From NCBI GenBank assembly GCA_945903265.1, contig CAMDNQ010000012.1, positions 22,181 through 86,180 on the forward strand: a stretch of 64,000 nucleotides of DNA, read 5' to 3'. Position numbers and translations under genes: made by a program. The stretch is from Candidatus Sulfopaludibacter sp. SbA3 (GTDB taxonomy: Bacteria > Acidobacteriota > Vicinamibacteria > Vicinamibacterales > UBA2999). This document shows positions 1 through 10,406 of the stretch, in pieces (position 1 is the first letter of the stretch; every line of letters begins with the position of its first letter). The notes beneath the pieces were generated by a model. The model was not told the origin of the DNA. It did not search any database and worked only from the letters and a program-made list of their open reading frames with translations.

Positions 1-1
1 G

Positions 2-3000
2 CGCCGAGCGCCCGGGGTTGAAGCCGTCGGCTTGCGGCGGCACCAGACTGTCGTCCTCGCGCCTGAGCTCGTTGAGGAGCTCGCGCGCATCATTCCAGGG
101 CTGGTGGCCTCCGGTCTCCTGACCCGAGCCTCCAGGCTGCGCGCCGCGACCGCTCTGCTGGCCGCGCCCCTCACCGCCGCCGTTTTTCATCTCGGTCAGC
201 TGCCGATCGAGGCTGGCGAGTTGCTCCCGCAGCTGACGCACGCGCGCCAGCTCTTCGCTGAGCTGCTGCGACGCCTCGCCCTGGCCACCGGCGGCACCCA
301 GGCGATCGGCCAGGCGCTCCAATCCGCGCGCAATCTGTTCGCCTTCCTGTCCGGCGGCTGCCCCCTGGCGCTCGGGACGCGCGGCTTCGCGCATCCGCTG
401 CGACAGCCGCTGACTGTCGACTTCCTGCGCGGCCTGCGAGGCGGCTTCGCGCTCGCGCGGATCGCCGCCGCGGCCTGCGCCTCGGCCAGCGGCGGCCAGC
501 TGGCGGACGGACTGCTCGAGCCGCTCCGCGCGCTCGGCCAGCCGCTCCTGCTCCGATGCCGCGCGGCGCGCCTGATCCTGCCGCTCGGCGGGCGAGCCGC
601 CGCCGGTGCCTGCCTGATTCCCGATGCGGCGCTGCGCTTCCGCCAGCTGCCGCGATTCGAGCGCCATCTCGCCGAGCGCCCGCCGGCGCTGGTCCGGCTG
701 CTCGCCGCGCAGGCGCTGTTCGAGCTCACGAAGGCGCTCCGCCGCCCGATTGCCGCGGGCGCTGGCTTCCTGCGGATTGTCGCGGCGCAGCTCGCTCGTT
801 GCGCCCTGCATGTCCTGGGACGCCTGCTGCAGCTCGCGGCTCGCCTGCTGGTCATCCTGGCCACCCGACTCGCCAGCGCCGCCTGCTGTCCCTCCAGAGC
901 CACCGCGCCCGCCGCGGCCGCGTCCGCTCTGCGCCTTCTGCTGCATCTGGCGCGCGAGTTCCTCGGCTTCGCGGCGGAGCTCGGACTGCTCGCGCGTGAG
1001 ACGTTCGAGCTCGCGCTTCAGTTGGTCCTGTGGCATCGACGCGCGATTCCTGGCCAGCTGCTCTTCGCTGCGATTCAGGGCGTCCTGCCGCCTCGCCAGC
1101 TCCTTGACCCGATCCGCGTCCGCATCCGACTGGTTCTCCTGGCCCTGGCTCTCGCCTCGACCGGGCGTCTCGTAATTGGTCTGCTGCTGGCGGGCAAGCT
1201 CGCGATCGAAGAGCGACGACATGTCCTGCTGCTGGCGATTGCCTCCGGGGCGGCCGTTGCCGTTGCCCTGCTGCTGGATTTCGCGGCGGCGCACTTCGGC
1301 CTGCGCGCGAAGCAGCTCGTTCAGGGAGGTCATCTCCGGCGGCAGGGCGTCGGCGGTCTTCAAGGCGTCGAGCCGTTCCTGCGCGCTCGCCATGGCGGGC
1401 ACCGCACGCCCGAGTGCCTCGGCCATCAGGTCAGGTGCCGTTGGTGCGGCTGCTGCTCCGCGCCCCGCCGGCAGCCGGCGCCGGCGCGTCTCGTTCGCCT
1501 GCCGCATGTCGGCGAGCATCCGCGCGGTGCCCGTCCGCACGTCGTTCTGTGCCTTCCACACGCTGCGGATGTCGCCGGCGGACTGGGCACCCGCCTGCCG
1601 GCCGCGGCGATCGAGATTCCACGTCGCCGTAATCACGTCCTTCTGGGCCTGGATCAGATCCTCCAGCGCCTGTTCGTCGTTCCCGCCACCTGCGCCGCCC
1701 TGGCTCTGCGAGGCGACGAACTCCTCTTCGAACGGCTTGACCTCGAGAAAGAAGATGTCGCTCCGCGCTTCACTGGCCCGCTTGCCGCGGCTGACGTCCC
1801 GGGCGCGCGCGTAATACGAGACGACATCGCCCGGCTTCACGCGCAGGTCCTCGAGGTACAGCATCCGGTTCCCCGTGACGGCGATGCCACTGCCGACGCG
1901 TGTGAACGGGACGACCTTTTCCGCACCGCCTGCGACGGCATACACAAGGTCCAGCGAGGCGACGCCGAAGTCGTCATCGGCCTGCGCTTCTATGGCCACC
2001 TCCTCGAGCGGCGTGACCTGTCGATCGGTGGCGGGACGGGTGACGCGCACATCGGGAGGGCCGTCCTGCAGCGTCCGGATGAAGTATTCGGTGTCGCCAG
2101 GATTTTCGAGACCGTCCGCATCGGCCAGGGCGACGCGGTACGAGCCATCCTCGACGATCGTCATATCGCCTTGAAGCGCGTTCAGATCGGCACGCCATGT
2201 CAGCGCAATGGCGTCGCCCTCCGTCAGCGCGAGCCGCGCGGTACGAACAGGCTTCGTGGGACGGACCGTGATGCGGACACGCGTGCCGGCGGGTCCGTAG
2301 ACGTCGCCGCCATCCTCCTCGTCGCGCGGCTTCATGCCGAACGCCGCCGGGTACTCGTAGTGAAGATCGATCTGCTCGACCCGGGGCCGATAGAGGACCG
2401 TCACGGCATACTCGGTGGACGTCGTCCCTGCGGCCGTCACGACGTAGTGGAAGTCGCGATCGACGCGCTCGACGGTCGTCGTGAAGCCCTCGGCGGATGG
2501 CTCCATCGCAAGGTCGCGCCATTCGGACCCGACGGTCAGACGCAGCAGCGGCGCGACCGGCACGCCACTCGACACGCGGGCGATCACGCGAAATGACTCC
2601 CCCTCGATGACGCGGGCATCGCCCGGCCGCACGTCGAGTCCCAGCCGCTCGGGAAAGAGATAGATGCCTGCCGCGCGAACGGCCTGACCGGCCGGCGGCG
2701 CCGACAACACCATGGCCACCGCGAGCGCCGCAACCGCGACAGCAGCCACCGCCGCACCCCGCCGTAGCGTGAGCCGGCTGATCACGCGGTCGAGATCAAG
2801 GGATCGGATCTGCTCGGTCGCCTGGTGGACGACGGCCGCAGACATCGGACCGCCGCCGGCGTCGCTCCCGGTCGAGAGCGCCGTGACCAGCGAATCTTCG
2901 AGCTCCTCGCATCGCTCTTCGATGAGACGCGCAATCTGCATGTCGCGCGGACGGGATGCGAGCGACAGGGCCACGGCCACGAGCGGCGCCAGGACGAGTA

Positions 3001-3190
3001 CGCCGGTCACACCCCACAGCAGGATCAGTGCGGCGCCCTGCGGCTGCATCAGCCAGTGCGCAAGAAGCGCGCATGCCAGGACGACGCAGGCCGCCGCGGC
3101 GGTCCGCCACGCTGCCTGCAGAAGGCGCATCGCCTGCCAGCGGCGTCGCACCCGCACCAGGAGGGCGAGAAGTTCCGGATAGCCGTCCAT
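2..3190 (-). CDS. DUF4175-like large membrane-anchored protein (Ig-like region plus long Gln/Gly/Arg-rich coiled-coil tail); runs off the left edge
   Basis: Not in the ORF track because it has no stop in the window. ATG at 3190 overlaps the upstream TGA (TGATG). Manual translation: MDGYPELLALLVRVRRRW, TM segments, then DDDFGVASLDLVY, PGDVVSYYARARD, SDIFFLEVKPFEEEF, motifs typical of proteins in MoxR/Bat-like operons. Confidence 0.8.
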   Translation of the reverse strand, partial: MDGYPELLALLVRVRRRWQAMRLLQAAWRTAAAACVVLACALLAHWLMQPQGAALILLWGVTGVLVLAPLVAVALSLASRPRDMQIARLIEERCEELEDSLVTALSTGSDAGGGPMSAAVVHQATEQIRSLDLDRVISRLTLRRGAAVAAVAVAALAVAMVLSAPPAGQAVRAAGIYLFPERLGLDVRPGDARVIEGESFRVIARVSSGVPVAPLLRLTVGSEWRDLAMEPSAEGFTTTVERVDRDFHYVVTAAGTTSTEYAVTVLYRPRVEQIDLHYEYPAAFGMKPRDEEDGGDVYGPAGTRVRITVRPTKPVRTARLALTEGDAIALTWRADLNALQGDMTIVEDGSYRVALADADGLENPGDTEYFIRTLQDGPPDVRVTRPATDRQVTPLEEVAIEAQADDDFGVASLDLVYAVAGGAEKVVPFTRVGSGIAVTGNRMLYLEDLRVKPGDVVSYYARARDVSRGKRASEARSDIFFLEVKPFEEEFVASQSQGGAGGGNDEQALEDLIQAQKDVITATWNLDRRGRQAGAQSAGDIRSVWKAQNDVRTGTARMLADMRQANETRRRRLPAGRGAAAAPTAPDLMAEALGRAVPAMASAQERLDALKTADALPPEMTSLNELLRAQAEVRRREIQQQGNGNGRPGGNRQQQDMSSLFDRELARQQQTNYETPGRGESQGQENQSDADADRVKELARRQDALNRSEEQLARNRASMPQDQLKRELERLTREQSELRREAEELARQMQQKAQSGRGRGGRGGSGGTAGGAGESGGQDDQQASRELQQASQDMQGATSELRRDNPQEASARGNRAAERLRELEQRLRGEQPDQRRRALGEMALESRQLAEAQRRIGNQAGTGGGSPAERQDQARRAASEQERLAERAERLEQSVRQLAAAGRGAGRGGDPREREAASQAAQEVDSQRLSQRMREAARPERQGAAAGQEGEQIARGLERLADRLGAAGGQGEASQQLSEELARVRQLREQLASLDRQLTEMKNGGGEGRGQQSGRGAQPGGSGQETGGHQPWNDARELLNELRREDDSLVPPQADGFNPGRSA

Positions 3191-5088
3191 CAGCCCGGCC
3201 TCCGTCCGATCAGTCCTTCGCCGACAAGCGTCAGCAACATCAGGAGCAGGCCGTATCGCCACAGGCCCTGCCCGTCCTCACGCTGCTGGTCCGCAACACC
3301 AGCCTCCTGGACCGTGAGCGTCTGGATCCGCGCAACGCTGTCGCGAAAGGCGTCGGTCGTGATGACGCCAGGATCGGATTCACGGGGATCGATATTGATC
3401 GCCACCTGTCGCGTGCCGATCATCACGACGCCCGTCGACGTTCCGTGTCCGGGCAGCTCTCCGACGAGGTACTCCGTCCGCGCGGCGCGCGAGGCGGCAA
3501 GGTACCGCACCGTCTCGTGCACGAAGGGCACAAACGATGGCTGCAGTGGAAAGTCGTTCCAGCGGTAGTTGAGATCCGAGGCGAGCAGCAGCACCCGGCC
3601 CTTGCCGGTTCGCTCTTCAATCACCGCGGGCGTTCCGTCTGTGTACCGCGCGATCACCGTGCCTTCCGCACCCGCCTTGAGCAGCGCCGACCGCGAAAAC
3701 GTCACATTACTCAGGGTGCCGGCGCCGCCGAACAGCCGGAAGACGGGATGCCGGCTGTCGTCGGGCGCGAAATTCGTGGCCACGGCATCCCGCACCTGCC
3801 AACCCGTCTTCACGACTTTCGCCGGACTCTGCGTCAGCATGTCGGGCTCGACGTCGGGACCCGCAGCGACCAGCATTCCCCCGCCCGCCTCCACAAATTG
3901 CGCGAGGCGCTGCCGGCCTCGCTGATCGAGGCCGCGTGATCCGAGGATCGCGACGACGTCGACGCCGCCAAACGTCCTGTCGTCGAGCGAGGAAAGCGCC
4001 GCGGCCGCAATCGAACGAAACTGGAATCCGCCGGCGCCTCCGGCAATCGTCAGCGCGCGTTCGAGATACAGCGAGTCGGCGGGGTTGCCGGAGGCGCTCA
4101 CGGCCAGCACGAAGATGCCGCCATCGCCGTCGGCCACGGCGTAGCGCACGTTGTCGGCGGCGTATCCGCGGGCATCTGCGATCGTGGCCGACAGTGGCCC
4201 CGACAGTGGCCCCGAAAGCGGCCCCGAAAGCGGCCCCAACACGATGCCGGCCACAGCCAGCCGGGCGTCCGCGCTCCCCTGTGGCGGCACAGTCAGCGGC
4301 ACGGCGCCAAGCCGGCGTTCGCCGGCGGCAAAGACGACCTGCGCGGTCGCCGCGTCGGCCGAATAGTTCGACAGCCCCGCAATCGCCTCGCCGCCTTCGA
4401 TGCGCAGTGACGTCAGCGCGAGGTTGCCCGACGGCATAACGACCGGCTCGACGTCGACGGTGACGTTGTCCGGCAGGGCGCCGTCAGTCATCCCCGTCGC
4501 CCATCCACTCTCCTGGAGGTCGGTCACCACGACGATGCGCCCGGGACGGCCGGCCAGTTCCTCGCCCGCGCGGCGAAGCGCCGCGGCGTAGCTGGTGGCG
4601 CCCCCGCCAGGCTGCAGCTGCGACAGGGCGGCCAGAGCGAGGCTGTGATCCGCGGCGAGCGGAGACACCAGGTCGGCGGTATGCGCGAACGACAGGACCG
4701 CCACCGCCTGCGTGACAGGGACCCGGCGGATGACGTCGGCAGCGCGGGTGCGAACCTGTTCGAACTGGCCCGGCGCCGTGAGGCTGGCAGAGGTATCCAC
4801 AAGCACCACGGTCGCCCCGTCCGCCAGTGCCGACGATGCGGACGCGAAATAGGGACGGGCAAACGCGAACGCCATCAGCGCCAGCGCCGCGACACGAAGC
4901 GCCAGCAGCACGAACTCACGCACGCGCCGGCGGCGGGACTGCTCTACCGGCGCTTGGCGCAGGTACCGCATGGCGGCGAAGTCGACTACCGGCTCCGCGC
5001 GCCGATGGAAGAGGTGCAGCAGGATCGGAATGGCCGCCGCAACAGCACCGGCAAGGAATAGAGGCGCGAGGAACGACAGACCGAACAT
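3190..5088 (-). CDS. BatA N-terminal domain + vWA domain membrane protein
   Basis: MFGLSFLAPLFL..AIPILLHLF (BatA N-terminal signature); MIDAS-like DTSAS; VVVTDLQ; C-terminal TM (LWRYGLLL..EGLI). Start 5088 is coupled to the upstream stop (TGATG). Confidence 0.85.
   Translation of the reverse strand: MFGLSFLAPLFLAGAVAAAIPILLHLFHRRAEPVVDFAAMRYLRQAPVEQSRRRRVREFVLLALRVAALALMAFAFARPYFASASSALADGATVVLVDTSASLTAPGQFEQVRTRAADVIRRVPVTQAVAVLSFAHTADLVSPLAADHSLALAALSQLQPGGGATSYAAALRRAGEELAGRPGRIVVVTDLQESGWATGMTDGALPDNVTVDVEPVVMPSGNLALTSLRIEGGEAIAGLSNYSADAATAQVVFAAGERRLGAVPLTVPPQGSADARLAVAGIVLGPLSGPLSGPLSGPLSATIADARGYAADNVRYAVADGDGGIFVLAVSASGNPADSLYLERALTIAGGAGGFQFRSIAAAALSSLDDRTFGGVDVVAILGSRGLDQRGRQRLAQFVEAGGGMLVAAGPDVEPDMLTQSPAKVVKTGWQVRDAVATNFAPDDSRHPVFRLFGGAGTLSNVTFSRSALLKAGAEGTVIARYTDGTPAVIEERTGKGRVLLLASDLNYRWNDFPLQPSFVPFVHETVRYLAASRAARTEYLVGELPGHGTSTGVVMIGTRQVAINIDPRESDPGVITTDAFRDSVARIQTLTVQEAGVADQQREDGQGLWRYGLLLMLLTLVGEGLIGRRPG
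4189..4236. repeat. 12-bp tandem repeat x4 inside the CDS, encoding (GPLS)4
   Basis: cgacagtggccc x2 followed by cgaaagcggccc x2. Confidence 0.9.
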
Positions 5089-6002
5089 CAGCGCGCCCGT
5101 CCTCTCGTCGAGAGATACGACATCAGCGCAAAGTCCAGCGGCGTCGACGTATCGACCAGCGAGTAGTCGATGCCGCACGAACCCAGTTCACGCTTGTACC
5201 GCTCGATCGCGGCATTCAGCGACTCGAGATAGCGCTCCCGCACGACCGATGGCACGGCCATCACTTCGTCGCCGAGCTCCATGTCGCGGAAGCGGGTCGC
5301 CCGTTCAAAGGGAAACGTCAGTTCGGCCGGGTCGAGCAGGTGAAAGACGATGACGTCGCTGCCGCGGAACCGGAAATGGCGCAGTCCGTCGATGATGCGC
5401 TCGGGTTCATCGAGCAGATCCGAGATGAGGACGACGATCCCCCGCTTACCGATCCCTTCGGCCAGCTGCTGCAGCGGCCTCGTGACGTTGGTCTTGCTCC
5501 CTCCCGCGATGCTGTCGAGGGCGACGAGAATCGACCGGAGATGGCTGGGACGCGCACTCGGCGGCGTCATCGACACAATGCGCTCGTCGAACGTCGTCAG
5601 GCCGACGGCGTCGCGCTGTCGGTTCATCAGGTACGCGAGCGAGGCGGCCAGCATCGACCCGTAACGCAGCTTCGTCACCGCGTGGGATCCGTACGACATC
5701 GAGCCGCTCACGTCGAGCAGCAGGTGGCACTCGACGTTGGTCTCCTCCTCGAACTTCTTGACGTACAGACGGTCGCTGCGCGCGTAGACCTTCCAGTCGA
5801 TCGTCTGCAGCGGGTCTCCCGGCAGATACTGCCGGTACTCCGCGAATTCGACGCTGAAGCCTTTGAAGGGACTGCGATGGAGGCCGGTGAGAAAGCCTTC
5901 GACGACCGTGCGCGCCTTGAGCTCGAGCGTACCCAGGCGGGAGAGGATTGCCGGGTCGAGAAACCGCAGTTCACTCGCGCCCCGACGCTCCCCGACGGTC
6001 AT
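5088..6002 (-). CDS. DUF58 family protein (MoxR-associated, vWA-like)
   Basis: GLHRSPFKGFSVEFAEYRQYLPGD..IDWKVYARSDRLYVKKFEEE; DVSGSM; ATGA overlap with the moxR stop. Confidence 0.92.
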   Translation of the reverse strand: MTVGERRGASELRFLDPAILSRLGTLELKARTVVEGFLTGLHRSPFKGFSVEFAEYRQYLPGDPLQTIDWKVYARSDRLYVKKFEEETNVECHLLLDVSGSMSYGSHAVTKLRYGSMLAASLAYLMNRQRDAVGLTTFDERIVSMTPPSARPSHLRSILVALDSIAGGSKTNVTRPLQQLAEGIGKRGIVVLISDLLDEPERIIDGLRHFRFRGSDVIVFHLLDPAELTFPFERATRFRDMELGDEVMAVPSVVRERYLESLNAAIERYKRELGSCGIDYSLVDTSTPLDFALMSYLSTRGRAR

Positions 6003-7003
6003 ACCTCGAGCCCGCTCCTCGGCACCGGTACCGCCTCGAGCAGCCGCGAGACGATGCTGTCGGAATTGAGATGCTCGGACTCCGCGTAGAAATTCGTGAC
6101 GATGCGGTGGCGCAGAATCGGCGCCGCCAGCGCCTGGATGTCCTTGATCGACACGTGGTGGCGGCCGTGCATCAGGGCGCGCGCCTTGCCGCCGAGAATC
6201 AGCGCCTGGGAGGCCCGGAGGCCCGCTCCCCACTTGACGTATTTGTCGATGAAGTCCGGTGTCCCTTTCTCGCCGGGCCGTGAGGCCGCCACCAGCCGCA
6301 CGGCGTACCGTGCCACCTCGTCGCTCACCACAACCTGGCGGACCACCTGCTGGAACTCGAGGATGTCGGCGCCTGCGAGCACCCGCGACACCGACCGGAG
6401 ATCCGCGCTCGTCGTCTGGGTGACCACCCGCACTTCGTCGTCTTCCGGCAGGTAGGTCATGACGACGTTGAACATGAAGCGATCGAGCTGCGCTTCTGGA
6501 AGCGGATACGTCCCTTCGAGCTCGATCGGATTCTGCGTCGCGAGAACAAAGAACGGCCGCTCCAGCGGATAGGTGCGGCCGGCGGAGGTGACGTGATACT
6601 CCTGCATCGCCTCGAGGAGCGCCGCCTGTGTCTTTGGGGGTGTCCGGTTGATCTCGTCGGCCAGGATGATCTGCGCGAAGATCGGCCCCTGGACGAAGCG
6701 CAGCGTGCGCGTGCCATTCTGCTCGTCGAGGATCTCGGTGCCGGTAATGTCGGACGGCATCAGATCGGGCGTGAACTGAATCCGCTTGAACCGCAGGTCC
6801 AGGATTTCCGCCACGGTCTTGATCAGCAGCGTCTTCGCAAGACCCGGCACGCCGGTAATGAGACAGTGCCCGCCCGTGAAAAGGGCTACGAGGACCTGAT
6901 CCACCACTTCGTCCTGCCCGACGATGACCTTGCGGAGCTCCGAGAGAATCCTCTCGCGTCCCGCCTGGACCACGGCGGCGAAATTTGGCACGGCGACAGT
7001 CAT
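5999..7003 (-). CDS. moxR: MoxR family AAA+ ATPase
   Basis: Walker A GVPGLAKT, RIQFTPDLMPSD, Walker B LADEINR, ATQNPIELEGTYPLPEAQLDRF; TGATG coupling at 7003. Confidence 0.95.
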   Translation of the reverse strand: MTVAVPNFAAVVQAGRERILSELRKVIVGQDEVVDQVLVALFTGGHCLITGVPGLAKTLLIKTVAEILDLRFKRIQFTPDLMPSDITGTEILDEQNGTRTLRFVQGPIFAQIILADEINRTPPKTQAALLEAMQEYHVTSAGRTYPLERPFFVLATQNPIELEGTYPLPEAQLDRFMFNVVMTYLPEDDEVRVVTQTTSADLRSVSRVLAGADILEFQQVVRQVVVSDEVARYAVRLVAASRPGEKGTPDFIDKYVKWGAGLRASQALILGGKARALMHGRHHVSIKDIQALAAPILRHRIVTNFYAESEHLNSDSIVSRLLEAVPVPRSGLEV

Positions 7004-7824
7004 CAGTGGGTCAGGGTGTAGACGATTTCGTTGATGAACATGCGGTAGGCGTCCGCGGTGTGCTTCAAGTACCCGGGATACTCCTCGGCATTCGACCATT
7101 CCACGCCGTCGCCCATGTCGGTATTCCAGTTCGCGAGCACGAGCGGGCGGCCGCGGTCGTCGAGGATGGCCCTCAACCGCGCGACGAAGCCGCCTTTCTC
7201 CCACGTGCGCCCAGCGAAGAACGACCCGAGCCCCGGGGTCTGCGGATAGCCCGTCAGGTTGTAGAACGACGTGTAGATGGGATGCGGCGGCTCGAGATCG
7301 ACGATCTCCCGGTCGGGGAATACACGCCGCATTTCACTGGCGAAGTTGTCCCACTCATACGGGCCATGAAAGTCATCGAACGTGGCGGTGCCGCCGCGCA
7401 GCAGGAATTCGCGAAGGATCGACACTTCCTCATCCTCGAGGCGCAGGTTGCCGGGCTCGACGAAGTAGAGCCACGCGTGATCGAACAGCTTCGGGTCCTT
7501 CAGCGTGAGGACGATCGGATCGTTGACCTCAATCGCCGTCGCGGTGCGGAGCCGCCGGGAAAGGTTCTGTTCCGCCGCGGGCGCGTCGATCGCCCACGGC
7601 TCGCCCCAGTAGTCGACGCGATATCTGTTATCGACGGTGAACGCCTGGTAGCGGATGCGGACGAAGGTCCACTGGAGGCCGGCAAACCGCTCGTCCTGCG
7701 CAAGCGGCATCTGCGCGATCGCCTGCGACAGGCGCGAGGAATCGACGAACAGCAGGCCGGCACAGACCGCCGTCAGCACGAGTCCCGCGCGACGGGTCGT
7801 CTCCCGGGTCGCTGCCCGAATCAC
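7003..7824 (-). CDS. DUF4159 family exported protein
   Basis: Signal peptide; LREFLLRGGTATFDDFHG, HPIYTSFY, NTDMGDGVEW and NEIVYTLTH C-terminus; GTGA overlap. Confidence 0.85.
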   Translation of the reverse strand: MIRAATRETTRRAGLVLTAVCAGLLFVDSSRLSQAIAQMPLAQDERFAGLQWTFVRIRYQAFTVDNRYRVDYWGEPWAIDAPAAEQNLSRRLRTATAIEVNDPIVLTLKDPKLFDHAWLYFVEPGNLRLEDEEVSILREFLLRGGTATFDDFHGPYEWDNFASEMRRVFPDREIVDLEPPHPIYTSFYNLTGYPQTPGLGSFFAGRTWEKGGFVARLRAILDDRGRPLVLANWNTDMGDGVEWSNAEEYPGYLKHTADAYRMFINEIVYTLTH

Positions 7825-10361
7825 TGCGCAGCTCCGGACGGCTGCGCGGTCACGACCTTCAACAGCAGATCCTGCGCCCGCTCGAACGACGGCGCGATTT
7901 CGAGCGCGGCCAGCGCCTCGCGCTTTGCCTCGCCAAACTGGCCCGCCAGCACATACGCTTCGCCGAGATCGGCGTGCGCAGCCGCACGGTCGGCGGTCCC
8001 CGCAGCCAGCGCGGACCTCAGCGCGCGCAGGGCGAGTGGAGCGTCTTTCTGCTGCAGCGCGTACCGTCCCACCGCCGTTTGCGCCTGGGCGTCGAACGGA
8101 TCGATCTCCGCGACGCGCGCGTAGGCCGCTGCGGTGCGGGCGGCATTGCCCAGCGGCGCCACGAGGGCGGCCAGCTGCCGCGCCGACTCCACGTCGGACG
8201 ACTCGACGGCCATGACCGCTTCGAGCGCCTGAATCGCCCGAGCCGTATTTCCTTGCTCGGTCGCCACCGCCGCGATCATCGTGTTCGGGTTGGCCGGCCC
8301 GATCGCGATGGGCACCAGTTTCGCGGCCCGCTCGAACGCCTGAATGGCACCGGTCAGGTCGCTGGCGTTGTACAGGCCGCGCGCGAGCGCCATCTGGGCG
8401 ACGAAGCTGCCTTCATTCGCGGCGGCGATGGCCTTGATCTCGTCGAGCCCGGCCTTCTCGGGAATCTCTGGGCCGCGGAGCGCGCGACGGATGTCCGCGT
8501 ACTTCTTGTCCAGCCACCCGTTGACACCGCGCTGCACGTCGTCGAGCGTCACGTTGAACGCTTCCTTGAACGCGGCGTCGGTTTCGAGCCCCTTCCCGTA
8601 GGCCCGCAGCATCCGTCCGAGCGCGGGCTCACCGTAGGTCGCGATCAGGTACTCGATCACGTGCGCCGCGTGCGCGTAGCTGATCGAGGCCGTTCGCGGA
8701 TCGCTGATGGCCTCGCCGATGTCTTCGAGCGTCGGGAGCTTCCCAGCCTCGAGCGCCCGCACGAAGTCGAGCGTACGTTCGTGGCCCCAATGGGGACGCG
8801 CACGCCGCTCCTCGAAGTCGGACATGCCCTCCGACAGCCAGCGCGGCACGCGGTTGTTCGACATCTGCAGGCTGATGACGTGCGCCATCTCGTGCCAGAG
8901 CGTGGACGCCCACAGGAATTCGCCGGGCCCTCTCGCGCGGGGCGAATCAAGCGTCACGACGCGGCCAAAGCAGGCACCGAGCGCGCCGATAAAACCGGGC
9001 AGGCCGATGGTCCGCACCGCGAAGTCGTCGTGCTTCGGGAACATCTCCAGCAGGATGGGACCCTGTGGCTTGAACTGGTACAGCTTCGAGAGCGTATCGA
9101 GCGACTGCCTGGCAAGGGGCACGACATGCTCGCGCATCACCGCCGCTTCGCTGGGATCGAGACGGACGACAAGCTCGCCGTCGCGAATCGTCTCAAACTT
9201 GTCGACGCTGTCGAGCATGGCGAGCTGATTGAAGACGACGATGTCGTAGGGGTCGGCCTTGAAGGCGGTCTCGAGCGCCACGCGCGCCGCCCCTTCGTCG
9301 CCCGTGCGCAGCAGGTGGGTCCCGATATCGGCAAACGCCCGGATGTTGGTCTTGTCGATCTCGAGTGCGCGCTTCGTGAGGCCGACCGCTTCGTCGAACC
9401 GGTAGTTCCGCGCCATGTGGTCGCCGGCGACGCGGTACACATCCCCGTAGCGCGGATTCAGCTTCAGAACGCCCGCGACGGCGGCATCGAAATCCATCGT
9501 GCGGGCCTCGAGCAGCGCGATGGCCGCATCGAGCGACCGCGCTTCGAGGCTGTTCGGATTGACGGCCAGCGCTCTGGCGATCGACTCTTTTGCCTCGCCG
9601 CGCTCGCGGTTGTCCATCGCCATTTCGGCGAGCAGAAGATGCGCGGGGACAGAGCCCGCATTGACCTTGAGCGCCGCTTCGACGGCGCTCTTCGCCTCGG
9701 GCGGATTCTCGTCGAGCAGCGTACGGGCGAGGCCGAGACGGGCGGGTCCGTACAGCTGATTCGCCTTGAGCGCCGCCTGGAACGACGTCAGCGCCTCCGG
9801 CCGGTTGTACTTTTCGAGAAAGAGCTCGCCCCACGCGGTGTTGATCTCGGCGTCGTTCGGGGCCAGCCGAATCGCATCCCGGAAAAAGCCGTTGGCATCC
9901 TGGAACCGGCCAAGTGCGCGGGCAGCGAGTCCGAGCCGCAGCAAATCAGCGGGCGTCGTGTCGTCGCTCTGCGTCAGAACTGTCTGGAGGGTGCGGGCCG
10001 CCTCGGCGCGTCCGAGGTACTGCTGCAGAAGACCCCACTCGAGTGCTGCGTCACCGCCGGGACTGGTGGACGCCGGCGCCGCCAGCAATTTTTCGGCCTC
10101 GGCGTAGCGGCCGCGGGCCATGTGCGCCTTCGCGCGGAGCGCAACGGCGCGCTCACCGCTTTCGGACCTCAATAGCGATTCGATCTCGTCGTACTGGCCC
10201 GCGTTGTACGCGCGGGCTGCGGCTGCTGTGGGGGAATTGTCGGCCGCGGGCGTCTGGCCGGACGAAGAGGTATTTACGGCAACGAGAAGCGCGGTGCAGA
10301 CCGCGAGCAGTCGCCGGCGGGTGAATACCTCACCCCGCGGTGTCTCGCGGTCGCCAGGCAT
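7821..10361 (-). CDS. Exported TPR-repeat protein with central zincin (peptidase MA-like) domain
   Basis: Signal peptide, multiple TPR helices, HEMAH (HExxH) followed by PRWLSEG; start uncertain (10361 or 10385). Confidence 0.85.
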   Translation of the reverse strand: MPGDRETPRGEVFTRRRLLAVCTALLVAVNTSSSGQTPAADNSPTAAAARAYNAGQYDEIESLLRSESGERAVALRAKAHMARGRYAEAEKLLAAPASTSPGGDAALEWGLLQQYLGRAEAARTLQTVLTQSDDTTPADLLRLGLAARALGRFQDANGFFRDAIRLAPNDAEINTAWGELFLEKYNRPEALTSFQAALKANQLYGPARLGLARTLLDENPPEAKSAVEAALKVNAGSVPAHLLLAEMAMDNRERGEAKESIARALAVNPNSLEARSLDAAIALLEARTMDFDAAVAGVLKLNPRYGDVYRVAGDHMARNYRFDEAVGLTKRALEIDKTNIRAFADIGTHLLRTGDEGAARVALETAFKADPYDIVVFNQLAMLDSVDKFETIRDGELVVRLDPSEAAVMREHVVPLARQSLDTLSKLYQFKPQGPILLEMFPKHDDFAVRTIGLPGFIGALGACFGRVVTLDSPRARGPGEFLWASTLWHEMAHVISLQMSNNRVPRWLSEGMSDFEERRARPHWGHERTLDFVRALEAGKLPTLEDIGEAISDPRTASISYAHAAHVIEYLIATYGEPALGRMLRAYGKGLETDAAFKEAFNVTLDDVQRGVNGWLDKKYADIRRALRGPEIPEKAGLDEIKAIAAANEGSFVAQMALARGLYNASDLTGAIQAFERAAKLVPIAIGPANPNTMIAAVATEQGNTARAIQALEAVMAVESSDVESARQLAALVAPLGNAARTAAAYARVAEIDPFDAQAQTAVGRYALQQKDAPLALRALRSALAAGTADRAAAHADLGEAYVLAGQFGEAKREALAALEIAPSFERAQDLLLKVVTAQPSGAAQ

Positions 10362-10406
10362 CGGACGGCCAGTATATGTCACCACTCGTCCAGCTTCGGT
10401 CGAGAC

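Noticed and set aside
32-2596. 854-aa plus-strand ORF and other long antisense ORFs (e.g. 7974-10175, 19813-21657, 37658-39163, 59809-61641)
   Set aside because: Shadow frames of real genes on the opposite strand. High GC suppresses stop codons, and the translations have no recognisable motifs.
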